Below are positions 47,495-56,881 of a stretch of 56,881 nt of DNA, piece after piece. This DNA comes from Spirochaetales bacterium (GTDB taxonomy: Bacteria; Spirochaetota; Spirochaetia; JABEVK01), in assembly GCA_013044245.1 (NCBI GenBank), contig JABEVK010000066.1, forward strand, positions 1-56,881, read 5' to 3'. Made by a program: the position numbers and the translations under genes. Below the pieces are notes generated by a model. That model was not told the origin of the DNA and searched no databases. It worked only from the letters and a program-made list of their open reading frames with translations. Each line of letters starts with the position of its first letter. Positions within the stretch are counted from its first letter, which is position 1.

Positions 47495-47670
47495 TTCTAA
47501 ATTTCTATTTATAAAACAGTAGTAATAGTAGTAGTGTCGGGAAATTTGTGGATAAGCTTTCAAGTTCTTTTCCCAACGGCAGATATCTTTCCACATCCCT
47601 GTGAGAAGTTATGCCGGTTTTGTCCACATTTCCCCAAGCGCTTTTCGTTATACCGGATTTTCCACAAGAA
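47495..47670. other. oriC core: DnaA boxes, DnaA-trio run and AT-rich unwinding element
   Basis: Perfect TGTGGATAA at 47547-47555; trios CAG-TAG-TAA-TAG-TAG-TAG at 47517-47534; AT-rich TTTATAAA next to them; degenerate boxes CTTTCCACA, TTGTCCACA, TTTTCCACA. Confidence 0.88.
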
Positions 47671-47702
47671 TATAACAGAAAATCCGGATGTTTTGCTACT
47701 CA

Positions 47703-49091
47703 TCATGAGGCGTTGGCTCGTTCTCGGATGGTACGCATGATGTTTTGAATCACAATATCAAAATTGGGTTCGGTTTTTAGCTTGTCGACGATCTTTTGGA
47801 CAGCGTGCATGACCGTGGTATGGTCACGGCCGCCGAACTCGATCCCGACTTCAGTGGTCGAAAACTCTGTCATTTCGCGAATTATGTACATCGCGATTTG
47901 CCGAGGTTGGGTAATGGCTTGCGTTCGCTTTTTGCCTTTGAGGTCCGAAACGCTCATTTTGAAGAACTCCGCAACAACCTTCATGACCAGATCCATGGGA
48001 ATGCTCTGTTGAACAGGTCCAGCAAAGATGTTTTTGAGAAGGCTTTGGGTTACCTCTAAGGTCAAATCACGGCTGGTGAGTTCGGCATAGGCAGAAATTT
48101 GCTTAAGAGCAGACTCTAAGTCGCGAATGTTTGTTGTGATTTTTCGGGAGATGATTTCGAGAACGTCATCCGACACCTTCAGTTGCCGAACTTCGGCTTT
48201 CTTTTTCAAAATCACCATGCGAGTTTCCCAGGTGGGAATCTGTAAGTCGGCGTTAATGCCCAAGGTAAGCCTACTCAACAAGCGGTCGGTAAAGTCACGG
48301 AGCTCTTGTGGGGGTCGGTCACAGGTAAAAACGAGTTGCTTTTTTGACTGGTAGAGGGCGTTGAAGGTGTTAAATAATTCTTCTTGTGTTTCGCGTTTGC
48401 GCTGAAGGTCATGGATATCGTCAAGCAATAAGACATCAGCATTGCGGTACTTATTTTTAAAACTGCTGGTCTTTTTTGTGTTGATGGCGTCAAGAAACTC
48501 GTTCACAAAGCTTTCGGTGGGAATGTAGAGGATATTTGCCTTGGGGTTGTTCTGGTAAATGGCATTTCCTATGGCTTGCATGAGGTGAGTTTTGCCCAAG
48601 CCGACGCCACCGTACAACAAAAGCGGGTTGTAATTGGTCCCGGGGTCTTTTGAAATCGCCACCGCGCAGTTGTACGCAAAGTCGTTGTTGCCGCCGACAA
48701 CAAAGTTGTCAAAGGTAAAATCGGGGTTGAGCATACTGTGCGGCCGTAGTTTGGCATGGTCAAACGAGCCTGAAGAGGCTATAGACGACGAAGAATTCTG
48801 TTTCATGGCAGGCTTTTCAGCGGGGAGAGAAACAGCTTTTTCGGCGGGTGCTTTCACAGTGAACTCGATGTTAACCTGGTGACCCGTCAAGTCTTTGAGA
48901 ATTCCTTCGAGCTTGCCTCCAAAGGTCGACCTGAGTTTATCGCGAAAAAATGCTGACGGACTTTCAACCGTCAAATTGTTGTCCTCTTCGAAGATGACGT
49001 TCAGGTTCGAAAAAAATAACACAAACTCTGACTCGCTCGTCGTTTGCTGGATTTGCGAGAGAGTCTCCTTCCAAAAATCTGCCAGGTGCAT
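47703..49091 (-). CDS. dnaA: chromosomal replication initiator DnaA
   Basis: FTFDNFVVG, YNPLLLYGGVGLGKTHL, LLLDDI, RLLSR, NIRDLE, FGGRDHTTV. Confidence 0.98.
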   Translation of the reverse strand: MHLADFWKETLSQIQQTTSESEFVLFFSNLNVIFEEDNNLTVESPSAFFRDKLRSTFGGKLEGILKDLTGHQVNIEFTVKAPAEKAVSLPAEKPAMKQNSSSSIASSGSFDHAKLRPHSMLNPDFTFDNFVVGGNNDFAYNCAVAISKDPGTNYNPLLLYGGVGLGKTHLMQAIGNAIYQNNPKANILYIPTESFVNEFLDAINTKKTSSFKNKYRNADVLLLDDIHDLQRKRETQEELFNTFNALYQSKKQLVFTCDRPPQELRDFTDRLLSRLTLGINADLQIPTWETRMVILKKKAEVRQLKVSDDVLEIISRKITTNIRDLESALKQISAYAELTSRDLTLEVTQSLLKNIFAGPVQQSIPMDLVMKVVAEFFKMSVSDLKGKKRTQAITQPRQIAMYIIREMTEFSTTEVGIEFGGRDHTTVMHAVQKIVDKLKTEPNFDIVIQNIMRTIRERANAS

Positions 49092-49119
49092 GGTTAGCCT
49101 CAAAAAGGATTTTAACAAG

Positions 49120-49362
49120 TTATCCACAGATAGGGTAGCGAAAAGAGTATCCTAAACCCAAGAATTTTTCAAACAACACCTTAACAAAAATTTGCGAATT
49201 TGAAAAAAGAATTCAAATAAATAACTGTAATAGAACGACTTATTTTCTCATGGATTTTTAATTATAAAAACTTGTCGCCCGATGGTAAATTTTAGCCACT
49301 TTTCCCCTGAAAATCCACCGAATTTAAAAAGGAATTCCGAATTTTTCCACAAGTTATCCACG
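49120..49362. promoter_or_regulatory. AT-rich dnaA-gyrB divergent region with DnaA boxes (second oriC subregion or autoregulation)
   Basis: TTATCCACA 49120-49128; TTTTCCACA 49343-49351; TTATCCACG 49354-49362. Confidence 0.75.
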
Positions 49363-49441
49363 ACCAGATTGCTTGTATATTATAAGACAAAAAGCTGAGA
49401 ATCTTTACTTTTTCGCTTTCAGCGCCTATACTGCGGGACTT

Positions 49442-51352
49442 ATGAACGAAAATTATTCCGCGGAGCAGATTCAGATCCTTCGGGGTCTTGACGCTGTCCG
49501 AATGCGGCCAGGTATGTATATCGGTTCCACAGGTCCCGATGGTTTGCATCACCTGGTCTATGAAGTTGTCGACAATAGTATCGACGAGGCCTTGGCGGGC
49601 TTCTGTACTGAAGTCAATGTCACAATCGAAGAGGGCGACATCATTCGCGTTGAAGACAACGGGCGCGGTATTCCTGTGGATATCCATCCCGAAGAGGGCA
49701 TCAGTGCTCTCGAAGTCGTCATGACCAAACTTCATGCGGGCGGTAAGTTTGACAAAAACTCCTACAAAGTTTCTGGCGGTCTCCACGGAGTGGGTGTATC
49801 CGTCGTTAACGCGCTCTCAGAATGGCTTGAGGTCATTGTAGAGCGTGATGGCCAGGCCTGGTTTCAAAAGTACCGCTTAGGTGAGCCAGTTAAGCCGGTT
49901 GAGCTATCTGGCCCCTCGTCGCGACGAGGAACCACAACAAAATTTAAGGCCGACCCGTCGATTTTTCAAGAAACGACGGTTTACAGCTTTGACGTGTTGG
50001 CCAAACGTCTTCGAGAATTGGCCTTTTTGAACAAAGGTGTTCGGATTATCCTCGTGGATTCCCGGGAACTTCCTGACAAAACCCAAGAGTTTTACTTTGA
50101 GGGTGGGGTGAAATCCTTTGTTGAGTACCTCAACACCAACAAAAACAAGCTCCAAGAAGAAGTGATCCACTTTGAAAAAGATAAAGATAGTGTCAATGTT
50201 GAAATCGCCTTGGAGTGGAACGATACCTACCAAGAAAATCTCTTTTGTTTCGCAAATAACATCAACACGCGCGACGGTGGTACTCACCTGATAGGGTTTA
50301 AGTCAGCCTTGACCAGAACGGTCAATGCTTTTTTAAATAACTCTAAGTGGGCTAAAAAGTTACCAGAACCTCTGTCGGGCGAGGATACCAGGGAAGGCCT
50401 AACGGCCGTCATCTCGGTCAAAGTTCCTAACCCGCAATTTGAGGGTCAAACGAAGGGTAAATTGGGCAATTCCGAGGTCAAAGGGATTGTCGAATCGGTT
50501 GTTAACGAAGAGTTACAAGATTATCTGGAACGGCACCCACGCGAGACGGAAAAAATCCTTGAGAAGTGTGTTTTGGCAGCAAATGCCCGTGTTGCGGCGC
50601 GTAAAGCTCGTGAGAATGCCCGTCGTAAGAACCCGTTTGAATCGAACGGACTCCCGGGTAAGCTGGCAGATTGCGCCGAACGCGACCCCACCAAATGTGA
50701 AGTCTATATTGTAGAAGGTGACTCGGCAGGTGGTTCGGCAAAGATGGGACGTGATCGTAACTTCCAGGCGATTTTGCCCCTGTGGGGCAAGATGCTCAAC
50801 GTCGAGAAAACCCGCGAGGACAAAGTCTTGACCAACGACAAACTGTTGCCGGTCATTCAGACGCTCGGTGCCGGTGCAGGCGAAGTCTTTGATGTTAGCA
50901 AATTGCGCTACCACAAAGTCATCATTATGGCCGATGCCGACGTCGATGGGTCCCATATCCGTACCCTTCTCCTGACGTTCTTTTTTCGTTACATGCGAGA
51001 TCTGGTTGAAAAAGGCTATGTGTACATCGCCATGCCGCCTCTGTACAAAGTTACCGTCGGTAAGCAGATTCGCTACGCTTATGATGACGCAGAGCGAGAA
51101 CGGATTCTGGCTGAGCTGGATGTTTCTGCCGAAAAAGCCAACATTCAACGCTACAAAGGTTTGGGTGAAATGAATCCCGACCAGCTGTGGGAAACCACCA
51201 TGAACCCCGCGACTCGGAATATCATTCAGGTTCATCTCGAGGATTACATTGGCGCCGATCAAATTTTTAACACCTTGATGGGTGATTTAGTTCCTCCCCG
51301 CCGCCAGTTTATCGAAGACAACGCCTTATTTGTTTCTAATCTCGACATCTGA
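49442..51352 (+). CDS. gyrB: DNA gyrase subunit B
   Basis: [55 protein letters not shown]. Confidence 0.97.
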   Translation: MNENYSAEQIQILRGLDAVRMRPGMYIGSTGPDGLHHLVYEVVDNSIDEALAGFCTEVNVTIEEGDIIRVEDNGRGIPVDIHPEEGISALEVVMTKLHAGGKFDKNSYKVSGGLHGVGVSVVNALSEWLEVIVERDGQAWFQKYRLGEPVKPVELSGPSSRRGTTTKFKADPSIFQETTVYSFDVLAKRLRELAFLNKGVRIILVDSRELPDKTQEFYFEGGVKSFVEYLNTNKNKLQEEVIHFEKDKDSVNVEIALEWNDTYQENLFCFANNINTRDGGTHLIGFKSALTRTVNAFLNNSKWAKKLPEPLSGEDTREGLTAVISVKVPNPQFEGQTKGKLGNSEVKGIVESVVNEELQDYLERHPRETEKILEKCVLAANARVAARKARENARRKNPFESNGLPGKLADCAERDPTKCEVYIVEGDSAGGSAKMGRDRNFQAILPLWGKMLNVEKTREDKVLTNDKLLPVIQTLGAGAGEVFDVSKLRYHKVIIMADADVDGSHIRTLLLTFFFRYMRDLVEKGYVYIAMPPLYKVTVGKQIRYAYDDAERERILAELDVSAEKANIQRYKGLGEMNPDQLWETTMNPATRNIIQVHLEDYIGADQIFNTLMGDLVPPRRQFIEDNALFVSNLDI

Positions 51353-51366
51353 CAGGAGAGATCGCT

Positions 51367-53829
51367 GTGTCTGACCATCAAGGGAAAGTTATCCCCGTTA
51401 ACATTGAAGATGAGGTGAAAACCTCGTACTTGAACTATGCTATGTCGGTCATCGTTTCGCGGGCCCTTCCCGATGTCCGAGACGGTTTGAAGCCGGTTCA
51501 CCGCCGCATCCTGTACGCAATGCACGAGATGGGCTTACGGGCGGACCGGACGTACAAAAAAGCGGGCCGTATTGTCGGTGACGTTTTGGGTAAGTACCAC
51601 CCGCATGGTGACCAATCCATTTATGACGCGCTGGTCCGTCTGGCCCAAGAATTTAGCATGCGGTATCCCGTGGTTCGGGGCCAGGGAAACTTCGGCTCGG
51701 TAGACGGCGATCCACCGGCGGCTATGCGGTATACCGAAGCGAAAATGCATCGGATTGCCGAAGAAATTCTGCGCGATATTGAAAAGAATACGGTCGATTT
51801 CGGCCCCAACTATGACGATTCTCTCGAAGAACCGCTGGTTATGCCAACGGCATTCCCCTACCTCTTGGCTAACGGCTCAAGCGGTATCGCTGTTGGTATG
51901 GCAACCAACATGGCGCCTCATAACCTTCGGGAGATTTGCGCCGCCATAGTGGCGCAAATTGATAATCCTGATGTCACTATCGAGCAGTTGATGCAACACA
52001 TCAAAGGACCAGATTTTCCTACTGGGGCGCAGATTTTTGGTCGTGCCGGTATCTATTCGGCGTTTCGTACGGGCCGCGGTCAGGTCATGGTTCGCTCCCG
52101 CTACGAAATCGAAGAATCCCGAACGGGGAAACAAGCGGTTATCGTTTCCGAATTGCCTTATCAAGTAAACAAGGCCCTCTTGATCGAACACATCGCCGAG
52201 CTTGTTCATGATAAAAAAATTGAAGGCATTTCGGACCTGAGGGACGAGTCGGATCGCACCGGTATACGGATGGTTATCGAGATTAAGAAGGGTTTTGATC
52301 CTCAAGTGATCCTGAATTTCCTCTTTACCCATACGAACCTTCAACAGAGTTTCAACATCAATAACCTGGCCCTGGTTAATGGCCGTCCCGAAGTTCTGGA
52401 TTTAAAAAAGATAATCCAGGCATTCATTAACCACCGTAAAGAGGTGATTACCCGGCGGACCAGGTTTGACTTAGAAGCCGCTGAGAAACGAGCCCATATT
52501 CTGCAGGGCCTTAAAATCGCCCTCGAAAACATCGATGAAGTCATCCGCATCATCAAAGAATCCACCAGCGTCCAGAATGCCAAAGAACGCCTGATGGCCC
52601 GGTTTGAGTTCAGCGAGATCCAAGCTCAGGCGATCTTGGATATGAGACTTCAAAAACTCACGAGCCTGGAAACGCAAAAGATCCTAGAAGAATTGCAAGA
52701 AGTGATGGCGATTATTGCCTACCTGACGGACCTTCTTGAGCACGAAGAAAAGATTTTCGATGTTATTCGTGAAGAAACCAATACGATTTCTGAAAAGTAC
52801 GGAGATGATCGGCGAACCGAAATCGTTGACGTAGAGTTGGAATCTGTGGACTTGGAAGACCTGATCCAAGAAGAGGCTATGGTTGTTGTGCTTTCGACCG
52901 AGGGGTACATCAAGCGCGTTCCCTTGACTGCCTACCGTTCACAGGGGCGGGGTGGTAAAGGTTCCAACTCGGCTAACCTTAAAGAAGAAGATATTGTTCA
53001 AGACATTGTGGTGGCCAGTACCCATGCGGTGATCTTGATTGTTTCGTCTTTGGGGAATGCCTACTGGGTTAAAACCTATCAATTCCCCGAAGGCTCGCGC
53101 ACCAGTCGTGGCAAGCACGTTCACTCGCTTCTGCAAATGGAAGAGGGGGAAACTATCAAAGCGATTGTTCCTCTCGAGAAGTTTGACGAGGACCATTTTG
53201 TCGTGATGACTACCAGGCGTGGTCAGGTTATTCGTATCAACACTTGGGAATTTCGTAATGCGAAGACCAAGGGCATTAATGGTATCACGCTTAAAGAGGG
53301 TGATGTGCTGGTGAACGCCACGCTTACCAACGGGCAAAATGACCTTATGTTGTTAACGCGTAACGGCTACGGCTTACGGTACTCCGAAAACCTTATCCGG
53401 GCCACGGGCCGGAACTCACAGGGTGTGATCGGCATCGCACTTCGCGAAGACGACGACCAGGTGGTTTCGATCTTGGCGGTTCATGAGGACGAACAGGTTC
53501 TCATGATTTCAGAGAAGGGTTTTGGAAAGCGTCTTGATTATTCGACCCTGAACCCCCACGGTCGCGGTACTATGGGACAGATCTGCTACAAGGACAATGA
53601 AAAGACCGGAAAAATCATCAGTGCTATTGCCGCCGGTCCTGACTTTGACATTGTCTGTATCACCTCCGCGGGAAAGACCCTTAAATGCAACACCCAAGAG
53701 GTTTCGCAGCAAGGTCGGGCCTCAATGGGTGTAAGGGTTCTGGATATTGATGAAACGGACTTGGTAGTAGGGATTGCCCGCGCGCTCAAAGAAACTGATA
53801 CGTATGATGTTTCACGTGAAACAAATTAA
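51367..53829 (+). CDS. gyrA: DNA gyrase subunit A
   Basis: [29 protein letters not shown], GyrA-box QGRGGKG. Confidence 0.97.
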   Translation: MSDHQGKVIPVNIEDEVKTSYLNYAMSVIVSRALPDVRDGLKPVHRRILYAMHEMGLRADRTYKKAGRIVGDVLGKYHPHGDQSIYDALVRLAQEFSMRYPVVRGQGNFGSVDGDPPAAMRYTEAKMHRIAEEILRDIEKNTVDFGPNYDDSLEEPLVMPTAFPYLLANGSSGIAVGMATNMAPHNLREICAAIVAQIDNPDVTIEQLMQHIKGPDFPTGAQIFGRAGIYSAFRTGRGQVMVRSRYEIEESRTGKQAVIVSELPYQVNKALLIEHIAELVHDKKIEGISDLRDESDRTGIRMVIEIKKGFDPQVILNFLFTHTNLQQSFNINNLALVNGRPEVLDLKKIIQAFINHRKEVITRRTRFDLEAAEKRAHILQGLKIALENIDEVIRIIKESTSVQNAKERLMARFEFSEIQAQAILDMRLQKLTSLETQKILEELQEVMAIIAYLTDLLEHEEKIFDVIREETNTISEKYGDDRRTEIVDVELESVDLEDLIQEEAMVVVLSTEGYIKRVPLTAYRSQGRGGKGSNSANLKEEDIVQDIVVASTHAVILIVSSLGNAYWVKTYQFPEGSRTSRGKHVHSLLQMEEGETIKAIVPLEKFDEDHFVVMTTRRGQVIRINTWEFRNAKTKGINGITLKEGDVLVNATLTNGQNDLMLLTRNGYGLRYSENLIRATGRNSQGVIGIALREDDDQVVSILAVHEDEQVLMISEKGFGKRLDYSTLNPHGRGTMGQICYKDNEKTGKIISAIAAGPDFDIVCITSAGKTLKCNTQEVSQQGRASMGVRVLDIDETDLVVGIARALKETDTYDVSRETN
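53808..53823. other. parS centromere site (perfect consensus) inside the gyrA 3' end
   Basis: TGTTTCACGTGAAACA; parAB about 1.1 kb away. Confidence 0.93.
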
Positions 53830-54881
53830 AGTTTAAAACGCTTTCGGAACGCTGAAACGGCCGCCTGGTAGTCTGACTCCAGAGCGGCCTTTTCTTTTTC
53901 TGACAAAAAGCTCCCTCGGATGGCGGTGAGATTGATACGAATTAGGTCGTCGAGGTTAAGGTCAAAGTAGCGAATGGCGAGTAGGTAATCATCGGTAAGG
54001 TCTGTGTTCTGGATGTGTGGATCGTCTGAATTCAGGGTAACCGGTACACCCTCGTGAAAGAGTTTGCCAAAGGGGTGGGTGGAGGTGTCCTTCCAAGACC
54101 CTGTTTGTCGATTAGAGGTTAGGCATTGTTCCAACAGGATGTTCTTATCTTTGAGGTAGGCTTGGAGCTCTCTATCTTGAATTGCCGACGTACCGTGTCC
54201 AATGCGCGCGGCATTGAGTAAACGAATCGCATCCCAGATCTGTTGGGCAGGACTGACTTCGCCGGCATGAATGGTTGCCTTAAAGCCGTCTTGATGAATG
54301 AGGTTAAAAAGCCGCTGAAATTCGTGGGGTGGGTAGTTTGTCTCGTCACCAGCTAAGTCGTAGCCACAAATTTCGGGCGAAACCCCTTTGATCTGATGGT
54401 ACATGGCAATTAAATCGTCTTCGGTCTGTTTGCCTCGGTTCAGGGTGATCAAGAACTTCAGGCGAAGATTATCTTCGACGGCGGCTTGCAGGGCGGAATG
54501 AATAACCACCTTGCTGACCTCGGCACGATTAAAATTGTTAAATACGGCGTAATGTTCTGGGTTGAAGCGTAGCTCCATGTAAAAGATGGCATCTTGGCGA
54601 AAGGTCTTGACGGCGTGGTAGGTGATTTCGGCAATATCGCCAAGACTGCGGTACCAATCGTTTTTGAACTTGCTCAAAAACAACAAAAAATCTGGCTGGC
54701 CGTTGGCGGGAAACTGGTTTTCTTCACGAAACGCAGTAAGGGTAGAAGGAACAGATAAACCATTCCGCTTTGCGATTTCGTAGAGTTTGTCCAACGGGTA
54801 CGTTCCCTCTAAATGACGGTGCAACTCTACCTTAGGAAAATACCGTAATACCTCTTTGTTCAACAGCCTGTCGTTCGCCAT
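53826..54881 (-). CDS. add: adenosine/adenine deaminase family protein
   Basis: [36 protein letters not shown]. Confidence 0.9.
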   Translation of the reverse strand: MANDRLLNKEVLRYFPKVELHRHLEGTYPLDKLYEIAKRNGLSVPSTLTAFREENQFPANGQPDFLLFLSKFKNDWYRSLGDIAEITYHAVKTFRQDAIFYMELRFNPEHYAVFNNFNRAEVSKVVIHSALQAAVEDNLRLKFLITLNRGKQTEDDLIAMYHQIKGVSPEICGYDLAGDETNYPPHEFQRLFNLIHQDGFKATIHAGEVSPAQQIWDAIRLLNAARIGHGTSAIQDRELQAYLKDKNILLEQCLTSNRQTGSWKDTSTHPFGKLFHEGVPVTLNSDDPHIQNTDLTDDYLLAIRYFDLNLDDLIRINLTAIRGSFLSEKEKAALESDYQAAVSAFRKRFKL

Positions 54882-54953
54882 CCTTGGGTCCCTCTAGAAA
54901 TTCCTCGGCAACTAGAGCTTCAAACTAAAGATTCTTTTCGTTATACTCGACCT

Positions 54954-55709
54954 ATGGGAAAAATCCTTGTGTTTGCCAACCAAAAGGGCGGGGTGGGAAA
55001 AACCACTACCGCCGCCACCTTGGGCGCGTACTTAGCCCAACATCAAAAGAAGGTTTTGCTGGTCGACTTTGACCCGCAAGGGAACTTAACGAGTTCGGTG
55101 GGGGCCGATAAGACTCTTCCAGGTATTTACGAGGTCATCACCGGGGTAAAACAGTTGACCGACTGTGTTCAGGCAACGGGCGAAGCGAACCTCTTTGTCT
55201 TAGGGAGCAATATCAACCTTTCGGGTGCGGGCGTGGAGTTGATTGGCCAAAAGGACCGGGAATTCTTTTTGAAAAACGCCCTGGCTCCGGTGAAAGAAGC
55301 TTATGACTACATATTTATCGATAGCCCGCCCTCGTTAGATCTGATCACCATCAACGGGTTGGTCGCGGCTGATGGGGTGTTTATCCCCTTGCAGTGCGAA
55401 TACTTCGCCATGGAAGGACTTTCTCAGCTGGTAAAAACCATTCAAGCTGTACAAAAAGGGCTTAATCGGAGTCTTGAAATTGCCGGAATCATCCTTACGA
55501 TGTACGACTCGCGGACCAACCTCGCCCAAGATGTCGCTCGAGAAGCGGTCAAGTATTTTAAAGACAAGGTGTTTCGCACGATTATTCCGCGGAACGTCCA
55601 TCTTGGCGAGGCACCTTCGCATGGATTGACGATAAACCGCTATCGACCAGGTTCCCCCGGGGCTAAAGCCTACGAGAAATTGGCCGAGGAGGTCTTACAG
55701 CGTGTCTAA
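54954..55709 (+). CDS. parA: chromosome partitioning ATPase ParA/Soj
   Basis: NQKGGVGKTT, DFDPQGN, IDSPPSL, PLQCEYFAMEG, IPRNV.L.EAPSHG. Confidence 0.96.
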   Translation: MGKILVFANQKGGVGKTTTAATLGAYLAQHQKKVLLVDFDPQGNLTSSVGADKTLPGIYEVITGVKQLTDCVQATGEANLFVLGSNINLSGAGVELIGQKDREFFLKNALAPVKEAYDYIFIDSPPSLDLITINGLVAADGVFIPLQCEYFAMEGLSQLVKTIQAVQKGLNRSLEIAGIILTMYDSRTNLAQDVAREAVKYFKDKVFRTIIPRNVHLGEAPSHGLTINRYRPGSPGAKAYEKLAEEVLQRV

Positions 55710-56562
55710 AGGTTTAGGAAAAGGTTTCGGCGCCCTTTTGCCCGAAGAGAACGAAACATCCGCCGAAGGCGTCTTACTGGCGCCCTTATCAGCGCTTCAG
55801 ACTAACCCCGACCAACCGCGCAAAGAATTTGCCCAGGCGGCTCTTGAGGAATTGGCCGCTTCGATCAAAGAAAAGGGCATCCTTCAACCGATTTTGGTTG
55901 AACCCGTAGGCTCTGGCTACCGAATTGTGGCCGGTGAACGCCGCTTCCGGGCGGCGAAGATGGCTGGGTTAACGGAAGTGCCGGTGTTGGTCCGTTCCTT
56001 TACTGCCGAAGAGCGCATGGAAATTGCGCTGATCGAAAATATCCAGCGGACAGACCTCAACCCTGTCGAAGAAGCCAAGGCTTACCGACAACTCATGGAC
56101 AGCTTTAACCTGACGCAAGATCAGGTAGCGCAAAAGGTGGGCAAACAACGCTCTACCGTGGCCAACGCCCTGCGGCTGTTGCGCTTGTCGGACGCAATGT
56201 TGGTCGATTTGGAACGGGGGGCCTTTAGTCCCGGCCATGCAAGAGCCTTGTTGGCGGTCGAAGATCCTTCTCGTCGTGAAGAGCTCCATCGACGAATTAT
56301 TCAAGAGGGGCTAAGCGTGCGTGAGGCCGAGGCCTTTGTGAACGGAAAAGCCTTAAAAACCCCGACGAATAGCAACCCACCCTCACCGGCGCCGAGTGCT
56401 CCCCGTGATACCGAATTGGTATCTTGGGAACAACGCCTGATTGAAGCCTTTGGAACCAAGGTTCGCATCAAAGGCGATTCGCGCCAAGGCGTGGTCGAGA
56501 TTTCCTATTTTACAACCGATGATTTGGAAAGGGTGTTGGAGCGTTTAGAAAAAGGTTCTTGA
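55702..56562 (+). CDS. parB: chromosome partitioning protein ParB/Spo0J
   Basis: GLGKG, NPDQPRK.F, GILQPI, AGERRFRA, ENIQR.DL, RSTVAN.LRLL. Confidence 0.96.
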   Translation: MSKGLGKGFGALLPEENETSAEGVLLAPLSALQTNPDQPRKEFAQAALEELAASIKEKGILQPILVEPVGSGYRIVAGERRFRAAKMAGLTEVPVLVRSFTAEERMEIALIENIQRTDLNPVEEAKAYRQLMDSFNLTQDQVAQKVGKQRSTVANALRLLRLSDAMLVDLERGAFSPGHARALLAVEDPSRREELHRRIIQEGLSVREAEAFVNGKALKTPTNSNPPSPAPSAPRDTELVSWEQRLIEAFGTKVRIKGDSRQGVVEISYFTTDDLERVLERLEKGS

Positions 56563-56587
56563 CAAACCTCGTGTGTTCCGATAACTT
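56559..56587 (+). promoter_or_regulatory. tRNA cluster promoter overlapping the parB stop codon
   Basis: TTGACA-17 nt-TAACTT. Confidence 0.65.
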
Positions 56588-56601
56588 CTGTGAGTCTAAC
56601 T

Positions 56602-56688
56602 GGAGAGATGGTCGAGCGGTTTAAGGCACCGGTCTTGAAAACCGGCGAAGGCGTCAGCCTTCCGTGGGTTCGAATCCCACTCTCTCCG
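56602..56688 (+). tRNA. tRNA-Ser(TGA)
   Basis: GGAGAGA acceptor, CCGGT-CTTGAAA-ACCGG, long variable arm, GGTTCGAATCC. Confidence 0.96.
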
Positions 56689-56699
56689 AGCTGTTGACT

Positions 56700-56788
56700 G
56701 GAGAGGTGCCAGAGTGGCCGAATGGGGCTCCCTGCTAAGGAGTTGTACGGCTAAAACCGTACCGGAGGTTCGAATCCTCTCCTCTCCG
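56700..56788 (+). tRNA. tRNA-Ser(GCT)
   Basis: GGAGAGG acceptor, CTCC-CTGCTAA-GGAG, long variable arm, GGTTCGAATCC. Confidence 0.96.
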
Positions 56789-56807
56789 TAGTCTTTTTAG
56801 ACAAAAT

Positions 56808-56881
56808 GAGACCATAGCTCAGCTGGATAGAGCATTAGATTGCGGATCTAAAGGTCGGAGGTTCGAATCCTCTTGGTCTCA
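56808..56881 (+). tRNA. tRNA-Arg(GCG)
   Basis: GAGACCA...TGGTCTCA acceptor; TTAGA-TTGCGGA-TCTAA anticodon arm. Confidence 0.94.

Noticed and set aside
50513-51262. 249-aa ORF antisense to gyrB
   Set aside because: Antisense shadow typical of conserved genes.

Overview
Chromosomal replication-origin region of a spirochete (Spirochaetales-like). The lineage is inferred from gyrB-gyrA divergent from dnaA-dnaN-recF-dciA, rpmH-rnpA-yidD-yidC-jag, RpmH ending SDEKKPY and tRNA-Arg(GCG). oriC elements (DnaA boxes, DnaA-trios, AT-rich DUE) lie between dnaA and dnaN, with more boxes upstream of dnaA. A perfect parS lies in the 3' end of gyrA, and parAB plus three tRNAs close the window. The left two-thirds carry ilvD, fba, purU, cdd, gatCAB with a non-discriminating aspS, an NfeD/SPFH trio, a [FeFe]-hydrogenase maturation operon (TM1266-like, hydG, hydE, aspA-like, hydF), ttcA, nadAB and several Thr/Ser-rich orphan lipoproteins. 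I found no CRISPR array, transposase, integrase or phage gene. Most interesting: (1) an alphaproteobacterial-style NadQ regulon with its operator at nadA; (2) an unannotated NDP-kinase-like protein next to a GH63-like protein that lacks its catalytic Asp; (3) a structured leader and Rex/CRP-like site on the hyd operon; (4) a helically phased DnaA-box array upstream of fba, about 35 kb from oriC; (5) repeated leaderless (-10 box, 6-7 nt, start codon) gene starts; (6) a lipoprotein array with anti-SD hairpins and an apparent ATA start. All family assignments come from motif recognition by eye, not database searches.
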